A stretch of 46,826 bases of DNA from Octopus sinensis (Eukaryota). Below, in pieces: positions 12,782 to 24,205 of the stretch (the stretch's first letter is position 1; every line of letters begins with the position of its first letter). The notes under the pieces were generated by a model, which was not told the DNA's origin, made no database searches, and saw only the letters and a program-made list of their open reading frames with translations. The position numbers and the translations under genes are program-made. The DNA is taken from positions 1-46,826 of the forward strand of contig NW_021834608.1 in NCBI RefSeq assembly GCF_006345805.1, in the 5' to 3' direction.

Positions 12782-13510
12782 TAGGGCAACCACAAAGTTG
12801 ACCCAAAAATATCAAAAATTGACCTCTAAAAGTCATCTAAATTGAACCAAAAAAAACGAAAGTTGACCAAAAAGTTGACCTAAAAAGAGCCAAGAATTTT
12901 TTTTTAAATCAAGAGTTATAAAGAATCATATAAAATTTAATGTTCTCCGGTTTAAAATTCCGATCTTTTGTCTAAATTTTATGGAGAATTGAAAATGAAC
13001 GCTCTACAGAACATGTAGTTGCCTGACATTGGAGTAGTCGCAACTTTTCCATAGGCGAAAAATTTTCTTCTCCGTTAACAATTTTCATAATTTCATTCTT
13101 ATTCATTCTTTTATCAATATATTCTTTTATTTTCAAGGTATCTTCTTTCAGATCGAGTATTTTCAAAAAATTGATAGCCTTCTCGATTGAAAAGTTTGTG
13201 GACTCAATTTCAGGAAGAACATCTGCAAATGGAAAATACTGATTCCATATTTCTTTTAAATCATTAACAAGTCCTTCATGGTTTATTGATTTTTTTGCCC
13301 TTCGAATCAATAGGGATTCTCCTTTTAACGAATTGCATATTCCCAACACTCTGGGAAAATGTTCCACGTAGTACTTGGTTGCTCGAAGCCAGCTTCCCCA
13401 TCTAGTAACAATAGGTTCTGGAGGTAGTCCTATTTCAGAAAATAGTTGCCTTCGACTACTGTTTTTGGAAACAAGTCCTGTAATGGAGGCAATTAAGTTA
13501 TCCACTGTAG
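12782..13510 (-). mobile_element. hAT transposase C-terminal remnant
   Basis: ORF 12972-13505 with LPPEPIVTRWGSWL and ATTCSVERSFS (hAT dimerisation motif). Putative terminus TAGGGCAACC at 12782 with AAGTTGACC subterminal repeats. Confidence 0.8.
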
Positions 13511-13739
13511 GGTAACTTAGTTTTATCCTGTCACTCCGTTATTGAATTCTAGGGTAAAATGCCCTGATTTCTTTGCAGTTATACGAGCCTTCCGTGCAGT
13601 CAAAGATTTTGTTAAAATATAGTAGAGAATTTGAGTTTGAAAAAGTGGATTCTCAAATATTATCTCAAGAAAAATAATTTGTTTATTAATAAATCTTTCA
13701 TACCATTTTAATAACAAAAATAAGACTAAGCTATGGATA

Positions 13740-14135
13740 ATGGATTTGGACGGTCGTGAGTTCGATTCCGAAGGAGGCCAGTTTTCATCCTGGGGCTAAT
13801 TCTCGTTATCGTTCCCCTGCCCGTGAGGCAACGAGTACTTCTGGCACGACACAGTTGGAAATGGGGATCTCTTACCTTCCGGGCTTAGCGTGGCGTTACG
13901 GGGTCCACCATGTCAGTTGGAAATTCCTTCGGATATGGCAACGCTCAGGAGGCACTTAATGCCTACCGAAAAAGGACTCTTAGCTTCTCAGACCCTGGGA
14001 CATCGTCGTCTCAGGCCGATCTTGCGGGAAGGATTGAACCTTTCAGAAGGATCTCCCTCGATTGGATCGGCGATCACGGGAATAACTATAATTAACTGAC
14101 TTTCCCCGTGTTTGGTCTTTAAATAATAATAAATA
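13740..14135 (+). mobile_element. Candidate SINE-like retroposon (tRNA-like B box, GC-rich body, TAA/TAAA tail)
   Basis: GGTCGTGAGTTCGATTCC at 13752-13769. The 3' part is homologous to 37643-37815 and ends GTTTGGTCTT followed by an A/T repeat tail. The A box is degenerate. Confidence 0.5.
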
Positions 14136-14326
14136 ATATAATAATTCAAATAAGCATTAGCACTGATAGACATGATGATCAGAAATAAACACGCGTTTAT
14201 AATAATTAATACTAAAACCAATTCTTTCAGTGCATTCTTGAGGAGTTTCGCCATCTTTTTGTTTCCATTTTGGTTTTTTTCTCATTGAATTTATTTTTTC
14301 GATGGTTGAAGTAGAAAGCGTATCTA

Positions 14327-15110
14327 TTATGTCATCATTTCTACACTACCAAAACGAACCTTGACTTTCCCAGTCGTGCCAAAGGGGTCCTCCACTACCC
14401 CATCTTCCCCACTCGTCAGCTTTCCGTGGAAAGAAATGAAATTATCCATAAAGTCAGACTTTATAGTAAACAGCCCATTGCAAATAATCGTTTTTTGATC
14501 CTCACAAACTCTCTCGGCCCAACCATTCTTTGTTTTGCGTCTCAAAACCTTAAGTCTTTGATCGACCTGATCTCCACTTCCACAAATTATTTGTCCGCTG
14601 AGTGCAATACCACATTTCAGGTCATGTCCAGACTCGAAATTAAAACCAATCAGAAAGGCTGACTCATAGTAGAGTGTAGTCGAGGTTCCAAAGTCCATCA
14701 GACAGTAAAACTGATCCCACGATGTGACTTGTTCCAAATATTGATAGCTCATATCAAAATTAAATGAAAGACTTGGATTTTCGTCCATAATTTTAGAGGA
14801 TGTAAAAAAATAGAGTTGCAGGATGAATTTGGTTGATGACTGCCACATGAAGATGGCACATTGAGAAAAGAGGTCGTTTATAATATAAAAAAGGAGAAAC
14901 AAAAGCAATAAGATAACGGGACCTTCTGACTAGAGAAAACCGTTTCTAGAAAGTAATTTATATATATAACCAGTGTTTTCGTCAAGACTTATTGTTTGAG
15001 CTGCTTCAAATGGAGACCGTAGATGAATCAGAGAAAAGGACATCACGTCGAGTATGTGAAAAATGTAATTCGAGTATGTCTTATCAATTTTAATTTAATT
15101 AATTTTAAAA
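14327..15110 (-). pseudogene. EEFSEC: Selenocysteine-specific elongation factor, C-terminal half
   Basis: ORF 14327-14908: SFNFDMSYQYLEQ...RLKVLRRKTKNGWAERV...GEDGVVEDPFGTTGKVKVRF aligns by eye to eEFSec domains 3-4 (SFNFSQEYLFQEQ; LKVYKLKHKHGLVER; GELGIIDSAFGQSGKFK). The GTPase domain is absent. Confidence 0.75.
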
Positions 15111-16339
15111 TATGAATAAATCTAAATTTTAATAAATTGTGCTTTCAGCACTTTCCAAAGAGGACTCCAATTGCTCCACGAAATATAAGACCTATCTCAT
15201 CCATGCCACAAAATCTCTATTTCAGAAAACAAAAGACATATTATCACTACTCTGACCAATCAATGCAGATGTCTCTCAAAAATACTCTTAACGAACTATT
15301 GGCAAATTGGGAAGAAACTAGTTCATGATTACATCTCATTTCGTGGTATCAGGATGTTTAAAAATTACAAATTTCTTGATTCTCCCCGCTGGTCTATCCT
15401 TTAGAACAATCACTCGACAGATACCTCCGTTTCCAGCTTGCACAACTTTGCTCGGGACATCATTCACTCATTTTTGAAACATACCACTCGCTAACCTCTA
15501 AAGACCTCTTTTTCTGTTCTGGACCGCCTCACCTATCACCACTTATCGAGATTCTGGGTCTCTGAGAGCGCTCAATCTCTGCTTCTCGCTACCTGATTGC
15601 AGCCGGCTTCCTACATGCTAGAGAAGCCGGGGTAACTAACTATACAGCCTTGTTGTTTGTACGCATGTAGATATTGGATAAATCAATTTCCTAGATCAAC
15701 AAATTGAAAATCGAGGCGAGCCTGAAAAGAGCTTTTACACTCACGAGCGTTAGAGTAGAGAAAAGTCATCAACTTTTACAAACATTAAGCTTTTTTGCAC
15801 TCGTGGACGATGATATAATTCAATCGCGGAGACCAGAATTACACGTACTAGACGCACATTGGCGGCCTTACGGGAGGAAAATCGGACACAGATGAAGACC
15901 CTTTTGAAACTTTCTGTATCAGTTATGGGTTCGAGTCTGGCTGTTGTCCTTCCGGTGGAGTGTTCCTTGCATTTACGATGTTTAGAAAAGGGTTTGACGA
16001 GTACGCCGTTACCAGTGGTCTTCCACTGCGGAGCCGAAATGATTTTTCTGTCCTTCAAATATCGAGGGATTCACATACCCGACAGTTTACATTAGTTGAC
16101 TGTTCTGGACACGCATCTTTGCTTAAAAAAATCATATGTGGTATTCTATAACATTATCATCCCCTCAGGGTTTTCCAGTTAGTCATCTATTTCTTTAAAA
16201 ATGTGGAAACGATCATGCATGCTGTTTTATTCACGTTTCTTAATTTCTTGTGGAGGTTGCTTTGATATACAGGCCTACGCATCATCAAATAAGCATAAAA
16301 TATGAATTTCAACAGCAGTTCAAAATACTTGCATTGAAC

Positions 16340-16620
16340 CATTTCTTAAGAATAAAAATTATTTACTTACTGCAAAAAAAGCAGTGCTTGCATATCATAC
16401 TGCGCTCCATAATGTTAGTTTTAATGTTCCCGAATGTTTTTCAACATTAATATCTATTTTGTTCGAACCAATATTCACTTCAGCTATAACGAAAACTGAA
16501 GCTGTAATATGTAATGCAATTTTTCCATTGGGCCAAGAAGAATTGACAACTGAATTAATGAAGGTCCGTTTTGTATTATCACGATTGACACGTCAAATAG
16601 AAAAGATTGCTATCAATAAA
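16340..16620 (+). mobile_element. hAT transposase N-terminal fragment
   Basis: LAYHTALHNVSF...TKTEAVICN...ELM...(F)VITIDTSNRK pattern (first catalytic Asp region) across a frameshift. Confidence 0.6.
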
Positions 16621-17868
16621 ATTGTGTTTATGATATTAAAAATGCATTAATGTTTGGGGTCATTTAATAAGCGAATAAAAAGTTTGCTCATAATTCCCTC
16701 ACATTTGTATCCCATTTATAATGTAGAAAATGGTTATAAAATTTAATCAAGACTTTGAACGCTCAGAAGATTAATAATGCATTTTCTCTAAGGATGCTCA
16801 GGAAAATCTTTTGAAGAGCCAAGAAGTTTCCTGCGGATATCTACTCTTTTTCGAAATAAGACCAATTTTTTATACATTAAGCAATAAATTATAAGTTTTA
16901 CCATTGTCATTATAAACACTGTCAAATTTGTATGCAAATAAAACAAATAGTTAGTTAAAATTTCAGTTTTGGTTGATTTTTGCGTCAGCCAGTATCGACG
17001 ATTTTCGCAGACCGTAATTTCAAGACATTTTTTTCCTGTTTTGCATAGAATATCATCTAGGTCAGGCATGCCAAAAGGAAAACAGGTGGTCCTTTTTGAG
17101 AGCCACAGAACATTTTAGAAAAGCCACAGAAATTCAGATCTTAAAGTCGGGAGAGTCGTCATTCTTTCTAACTGTCTATTTGAGCTGGTATCTATGCATT
17201 TGCCAATTATCTTCAACTTTTCTCACTCTCCTCACGTCAAGATGAAAATGGGTAGACTGAGTTTGTTGAAAACTTGCTGATTATTTGCAATATTAGAATT
17301 TCCAAAAATTGGGGGTTTGAAAACATAACCTATGTCAAATTGTCGGTGTGATTTTTGAATCTTTGTTGCATATTTGAAAATCCAAGATTGCAGATGCAGT
17401 GTCAATAGTCCCTTTTTAATAATTCGAACTAAATATTAAAGCCAAATTATTTCCGTCGTTTGTTTCGATAGTTTCCACTTCATATATTATGTACTTTACT
17501 GCATCTGTCTTCAAATACTTCCAAATAACAATGACTATTTAATACAGCTATTAATTCAACATCAGTCCTCAATAATAAGTTGTCGCGGATTTCTCAAAAT
17601 GATTTTCAAATCATTCAGTTTAAAGTTAATAATCACATCCCCCATTATTTTTCTTTTTAAGTTTCAAATCATGGATAAATTATACATGATTAGTTGAATG
17701 TTGATCAATCGATGTATGACTTTTACAGACATTTTGAATTGAAGAGTTTTGTGAATGAGTAGACATTTATGCACAGATCTCTAATTACTCTGATTACAAC
17801 GGGGAATTGAGATACTAAAGTGGAAATTAACTATTATTTAATTAAAAATATAATTTTATGACCTAGAA

Positions 17869-18200
17869 CAGCGGTTCTCAAATGCGGCCCCCAGGATTTT
17901 TTTGCGGCCCCTCTAGAGTAACTAACTTTTTTAATTTTTTTAGAACTCATTAATTTACAACATGATATAGAACTGGCGGCATTGTTCAAAAATGCGTCCA
18001 TTATTAATTTTTACGAATTAATTCCTCAAGACAAATTCAAAAATATAACACACAATGCATATATGAATCTACATATTTATGCAAATCAATATTTAGTAAA
18101 ATGGAAAATATAAAAATATATAATATATTTTTTGTGCGGCCCGCGAAGCTAATCTTAATTATCGATTTGGCCCTTGAGCTAAAAAGGTCAAGAACCCCTG
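17869..18200. mobile_element. hAT-family MITE (332 bp)
   Basis: Imperfect TIRs CAGCGGTTCT and AGAACCCCTG; perfect 8-bp TSD ACCTAGAA at 17861-17868 and 18201-18208; GCGGCCC subterminal motifs. Confidence 0.9.
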
Positions 18201-19039
18201 ACCTAGAATGTTCTTATCACACGGTATTTACTGTTCTTGCACTGGATTTTTATGCCTATCTAAAAGAAAAATTAAATCCTCGTTATCAGTTTAAATTCCT
18301 AGAGCAGGAAAAAGAATTTTTTGATCTCCTGGGTTTCTCTTATAAGAATAACGCCTTTCTTTCAGTCGTGATGAATGCTTAAATATATTTTGTTCACATA
18401 TCTCTTTGATGGCTGACAAAATAAAAATAACATTTTTTAATATACAAAATTAAATTAATTGTCACCGTCCAACTAAGGCTAATTCTCTAAGTATAAAAAT
18501 AAATATTTTTCCACTTTTTAATTTTTTAAATAAGTAGTTTCACAAAAATGAAAATGTTTATTGGCGGATAGCTCGAGAATTATCCCTGACTATAGCCATG
18601 GAGACTTGGTTGGCAGTGCAAAAAACAAAGAAATATTAGAATGAATAATTAATCACATTAATGTCAATAAAGTCATATTAAGAGAATTCTGAATAGCTGT
18701 CCATTTCAGGATTAAGATACCAATGGAGATTACAATCGGGAAGGTCTTTTTACAGAGGGTCAAATCTTAGTGCTCGACATGTATCTTTTTCAAATTATGT
18801 ATTTATCTTTGTGACTAGCGCATGTAACACTAATAGAGCTAAAAAGTTGAACAAAGAAAAATTGGAACAAATAATCAGGTTAGTAAATTAGAACACCAAA
18901 ATTTGTAATTTAAGCACAATCTTCTGTGCATAGAAGATTGCTGGGATTAGGGTATCGGCAGCGGTTGCAATCTAATGTGAGTAAACAAACACACCATATG
19001 CTTGTGCTGTAGTTAGTATTACTCCTTTAACTCGATTTA

Positions 19040-19720
19040 TAGTCATTCTTACACTTTTGGTGGCTAATAAGATGACCAGCCAACTTTTTTCATTAGTCAC
19101 TTTCGTAATCCTTATATGAGAATAACAAAGTATACATAGTGGGTTGAGACCCATTCGTGTATATGCACATTTTCGTTCTCTCAGTAATACTACACAGTCG
19201 TTAATGTAAAATACTAAAGGTTGAGCGGACGACTGATTTTTGGCGGCAGAAAAATGAAATTTGATGGCATATAACTTTAATGTAAAAATAGAATTTGTAC
19301 AGATGTATTAAACTGGGTAGACCTGCAAATGCATTTACATCAATGTAACGAAGATTACTGCATAAATAAAGGAATCTAGTGATTTAAAATATATGAATGT
19401 ACATCCAGGATAAGTGATCCAAGTTATCAAATGAGTTGCTTAGTATTTTTGTTAACGAATTTCCTCCACAGTTACTGGTAGTAATGAAATTTTATTACAA
19501 TATTATCAAGTTGGGTAAATTCGAAAATATTTCTCCATTTGGGAATTCAACGCCATTTAGAATTGTAAGTCGTTCTGTATGTGTCGAAACGTGTTCTGTA
19601 TTAAATTTACACTTTTGTAGTTCAATTCTTTCAAAATAAATAATTTTTAAAAACCCTTCTGCTAGGTTACAGTCGTTTTGGATCACAGAGCGAACAAAAA
19701 ATAGAACAAGTGGAATCATT
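19040..19720 (-). pseudogene. Leucine-rich-repeat protein fragment
   Basis: Minus-strand LRR-type units FSNLPNLIIL, LTKILSNSFDNLDHL and SNLRYIDVNAFAGLPSLIHL; possible LRRCT cap GLNPLCILC near 19150; stops present. Confidence 0.5.
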
Positions 19721-20089
19721 CTAATTAAAGGTTATATTTTATTGTGAATAACTCATTGGTTAGACATTTAATTGATATATTTTTTAACTGTTTTTGTTAA
19801 TATATATTACTTTACACATATATTCCGAGGCGTAATGACAACAAAATTTTTTTATCCGGATTGTATAAATATTTTACCTCTGAAGCATTTCGAGTAATGA
19901 CTGGATACTTCCATAAAATCCGTAAATAATTGGGGTTGGTTGACGTAGTGTTCGTGAACTAATGAAAATTTGTATCATTTGCAACAATTCGAACAGTCGT
20001 AAACGTTGGATCTACTGCGTTCGAATCCATTTCACTTGTCCTGTGCCAAAATGACCAAGAAAGCAATGTCCGCTATTTCCACTTGGAAT

Positions 20090-20838
20090 TGTTCTTAATG
20101 CCTAGGCACAGTCCGAACATCTCTAGCCACCCGTATGAAGAAAAACATTCGCTCCTTTATGGCTCGGGAATACTTCCCAGACTCGCCCCACTCCAATTAT
20201 CAATGACAATGGACCACTCAACCCGTCTCGGTCAGTCTTTGAGGCTTTACTCGAAAAACATCCACCGTCTCCTGTGGACCGTCACATTCTCTTTTCAGCC
20301 AATCTCACCGCTTTTGGCAAAAAACGTGGAGGGATCCGCTTAATTGCGGTCGGCTTTGTTTTTCGTTTGCTTGCAGCCAAGATCGCATGCAAGAAAATTA
20401 TCCCCACCATCGCCACAAAGCTCAGTCCAGTCCAACTCGGGTCGGCGTGCCTGGAGGGTGTGAATCTGCTGTTCATGCTATCCGCACTTTCTCAGATGCG
20501 TGCAGGAAATCACAATGTCCAAACATTTTGATCAAGCTTGACATCAGAAATGCATTCAACAGTATTTGACGGGACCGAGTTTTGGAGGCCTGCTCTGAGT
20601 ATTGTCCTTCTGGGTCAACTTTCCAATCACACGGCCAACCATCCTCCCTTATCTTTGTTCCGACACTATTTCGTCTGCTTCGGGAGTTCAACAGGGAGAC
20701 CCTCTGGGGCCACTCCTTTTCTGTCTTGGAATCTCCGAGGTGACCAAGCTTCTATCTTCGCCATTAAACCTCTGGTACCTCGACGACGCCACTCTTGGTG
20801 GCCCTCCGAATATCGTTCTGCAGGACACAATTAAGTAA
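20090..20838 (+). mobile_element. CRE-clade non-LTR retrotransposon, RT domain fragment
   Basis: LEKHPP...ANLTAFGKKRGGIRLIAVG...VQLGVGVPGGCESAVHA...KLDIRNAFNSI...GVQQGDPLGPLLFCL...WYLDDATLGG; ends abruptly at 20838. Confidence 0.85.
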
Positions 20839-20859
20839 AGTATTTAAAAACTACGAATT

Positions 20860-22240
20860 TCCCCAATTTTTCTGAAGGAATTCTCGATGTGCTTAGCAGC
20901 ACCAATGTCCTTTTAATCTTCAACGTACTACCCCCGTCTCACCATATTAGCACATCATCAAGACAGTCAGTAATTTAAGGATTGCTCCAAAGCTAAAAGA
21001 ACGTCAAATGCTCGAGGTTTTGGGCAAATTCGGCTCCCCCATTCATCTCCACATGAACGACCTGATCAATCCTGCACGTGAATGCTCCAAAAAGAAGATC
21101 CTCGGCCTCTTTAGTTGGCTCATCTCATCCGAACAAGTACCCCAATCCCTCCCACTCAAGAAAATGGAACTGATAGTCCAACAGACCCTCCAACTGCCCA
21201 CCGTGGTTCAAGACACGGAATTCCGTCGCCAATTTCCAGACAGGACTGACGATTCAGCCTTCGTTGACTTTTACGGTTGTTTGTTGGCTTATTTGAGGGG
21301 TCGGGGAGTTTCTGGAGTCGGACGAAGAAGCCCGACTGGACGCGGAACTGGCTGAATTGGACAGGGAGTTGTCAGTCTACAAGGAGAAATACGTATTCCT
21401 GCCTGTCTGGTTATGCAGGAGTCGGAAAAGAGGGAGGAAATGGAATGTGAGGAACTCAGGCGGGAGATCGATGCTATGAACTGCCAAATCAGTCTTCTAT
21501 TGCCGTCGATCGAGGAATTGAAGTTAGAACACAGCAAACTGAGACTGGACTGCGAATTCAGAGGTGGTGGGTGGAGGAATGTCGTAGAATTGGAGATTAA
21601 GCGAGGAAGGGGACTGTTGGGTGTGGAGAGTGTGCCGTCGGTGGAGGAGTTGACTTACTGTCCGGACATAGAGGACTGTACTCGGCAGGAGGAGGTGGTC
21701 AGGATGGACAAGTTGAGGGAGATTGCGGAGACGAATGTCAAATTGCGAGCACTGGTAGTCCACTGTGGTGAGTAGATATCGGAATATGTGATGTACTACA
21801 ATGAATGTGTGTCCGACGTGGAGAATGTGACGGAGTATGACAGTTTGCGACTGGAGGTGTACGACAATCCAGAAAATGGGTGTTTCGAAGTGGCTGGAGT
21901 GGAGGAGATGAAGGTGATGTGTGTGTTTATAGTAGACTGTCTGGTATGATTTGTTAGTCCAGGCATCGGAGAGGATAGTGGAGTATATGCACAAATATGC
22001 AGAACGACACAAAAGAGAGCGAATGGTATGGCTGGGTTATTACTCCACAGAGGGAGCAGATGAGACTGTCTCGACAGGAGGAAGTACGTGCTGTCCAATC
22101 TCTGTGGCGTTCACTCAATGAGTACGTCCTGCCGGTGAGTGTCCTCCATGTATGGTAGATTGTGGAGGAGCATCTTCAGGCCGAACAAGACGAAATAGAC
22201 AAGTATAATCAGTTGCTTAGCAATCTTTTATAACTGTCGT
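20860..22240 (+). pseudogene. CH-like plus coiled-coil protein fragment, tentatively NDC80/HEC1-like
   Basis: LEVLGKFGSPIHL...ILGLFSWL resembles the NDC80 CH motif (KDLGYPF...AALVWL); long Glu/Arg-rich heptad region; several short GT-AG introns; frameshifts. Confidence 0.35.
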
Positions 22241-22639
22241 GTTTTTCATTAAGTTTTTGAATTGTTTAGTTCATACAATTATAAATATTGAATGGACCTA
22301 GTTGGCCGGTTTGTTGTGGTTTGATTGAGTTTGTAAACATATGTTTGCAGTATGAAGAGGAAGACTTGTACTGATAAGTGCATGTAGGGGGAATGCACAT
22401 TACTCAAATTGAGGGATTAACTATATTGAAGTGTTCAAAGCGATCAAGAAATACTAGAGAGTGTTTGGGCATCCAGATTCCTCAGTTAGGAGTCAACTCG
22501 GACTTGTCTTAACGCATAGAAAATCCATGTTTTTTCTTGATGCTGCTCTCGACTGTCCTCACAGGGGAAAAGTCCTTCCGACTCGTTTTAGTATGTCGAA
22601 TCGTTTTTTAATGCAAATTTCAACTTTATAATTAATAAA

Positions 22640-23330
22640 TGTCACAGTCGGTTAATGAAACACGCCGTTAATGAAACCCAAACATCAAATTGATAAAATC
22701 CAATAAAATTCTTTCAATAAAACCAACATTCTTTCCACTTTTTTCGTTGCACCATTTTTTCACCAGCATTTATTAAATTCACGTATGCTTGCATGGTGCA
22801 CAACGAGAACTTACACGCTGTATCTCCCTTGTGACTCCATAAATCAATCTTCTCAGCTTTGAGAATAAGCGGTCCCGTCCAAAGCGATTAAGATTATGTT
22901 CCGCCTAAATTATATTGAGATAAATTCTACTTCAATAAATTTAAGCTTCAGCTCCATTTCATCCTCGCAAAAAATGCAATTTTAGAGCAGTTCCATCGTA
23001 GAATACAACTCCATTTTCGAATATAAAAGATTCAGATAGTTTTCTGATTCTGAACCTTTCGAGGCGGCTCATGCTATCTGGAAATCCAATTTCTGAATTT
23101 TGTTCTTTGATATTTTGTATAATACTGAGAATTTCTTTAGTTAGTCTCACTATCCGCATACTATCACGCTTCTTAATTTAAAACTTAAAAATCGGATTTT
23201 ATTAAAATTAATAACTAATTAATCTTTTCCAATGACGATTTGTAATAATTTATCCTTTTTTTGATATGATTTTTTGTCAATTTGATGTTGGCGTTACATT
23301 AACGGCGTGTTTCTTTATCGGACTGTGACA
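22640..23330 (-). mobile_element. Ginger-like (integrase-type) non-autonomous DNA transposon
   Basis: TGT...ACA termini; 59-bp TIRs with 7 mismatches. The interior encodes an integrase H2C2 zinc-binding remnant (EHNLNRFGRD.LFSKLRRLIYGVTREI...SRCAPCKH). No matching TSD. Confidence 0.7.
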
Positions 23331-23645
23331 TAGTCTAGTTGAATTGGAACAAACTGACAATATTTAATGTTAATTATTTTATTTTTTAAATGTTCTTAAT
23401 TTATCTAATTAAATACAATATATTTATCACGTGTTTAGTGTTCTTTATTTTTGTTGTTAGTTCTTATTTTATTCTTTCTTGCTATCAATGTTTTATTTTC
23501 ATAATATTTTCGTTTTTTATTTGTTTGAAGATTAATTAAATTGACTGCTTGTAAAATGTCCTTGATAAAGGTTTATTTTTCAGGTGAATTTGTATTCATT
23601 TTATTAATCTCCATTCATATGGATTTGTTTTAATTCGATTTATTT

Positions 23646-23690
23646 ATTTCTGTTATTTTTATTTCTGTTATTTTTATTTCTGTTATTTTT
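23646..23690. repeat. 15-bp tandem repeat, 3 copies
   Basis: ATTTCTGTTATTTTT three times. Confidence 0.9.
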
Positions 23691-23726
23691 CCCCTGTAAG
23701 TTCTTCGATTCTTTGTTTGCTCAGAT

Positions 23727-24080
23727 TTATCGAACGATTTTTTCATTTATTATTCGTTCCGAATTATATAATTTGCGGCATCCGAAATTAAAAAAAGGAA
23801 ATTTTCCCTTGTATTCATGTAGCGGAATGTTGTATTCATGCAATGGAATGTTGTATTCATGCAATGGAATGTTGTATTCATGTAATGGAATGTTGTATTC
23901 ATCGGCACTTTGGAGATGCCGCTGTAGATGGCACCGGCTGATCCAAAATCTATAATCCTTGGTGACCCATCCAAGGCGAGACAAACATATATATACACAA
24001 CGAGATGGAATTTATTGTGTGTTATTCTCCAAAATTTAACAAATTCAAGATGTTTTGGCTTGGATTCGCCTTTAGGATTT
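23727..24080 (-). pseudogene. Protein kinase fragment with internal deletions
   Basis: HLEFVKFWRITHNKFHLV (subdomain IV-like), LALDGSPRIIDFGSA (VII, DFG) and GKFPFF...LYNSERIINEKI (IX-X-like); no HRD motif. Confidence 0.55.
23809..23902. repeat. 21-bp minisatellite, 4.5 copies
   Basis: Units TTGTATTCATG(C/T)A(A/G)(T/C)GGAATG, head to tail, no spacers. Confidence 0.95.
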
Positions 24081-24128
24081 ATTTAACCTAAAATAACATC
24101 ATTTGATAAAAATATGTGTGCTGAGGGC

Positions 24129-24205
24129 CACCAGAGTGGACTACCAGTGCTCTCAATTTGACATTCGTCTCCGCAATCTCCCTCAACTTCTCCATCCTGA
24201 CCACC
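24129..24205 (-). repeat. 77-bp inverted copy of coding segment 21694-21770
   Basis: The reverse complement matches 21694-21770 with 3 mismatches. Confidence 0.9.

Noticed and set aside
13745-13785. tRNA gene
   Set aside because: Only a T-loop/B-box-like motif; no D arm, anticodon arm or acceptor stem can be folded.
13800-13840. HDV-like ribozyme (CCTGCCCGTGAGG) in the SINE-like body
   Set aside because: The L3, P1 and P1.1 requirements could not be satisfied by hand; only a simple CTCGTT/AACGAG hairpin is present.
13988-14254. 88-aa minus-strand membrane-protein-like ORF
   Set aside because: It runs through the reverse complement of the repeat's TAA tail and body, so it is likely chimeric or spurious.
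15137-15660. PRNIRPISSMP resembling LINE RT domain 1
   Set aside because: No downstream RT motifs could be recovered in any frame; left unannotated.
23809-23902. CRISPR-like array
   Set aside because: The repeats are contiguous with no unique spacers, there are no cas genes, and the context is eukaryotic.
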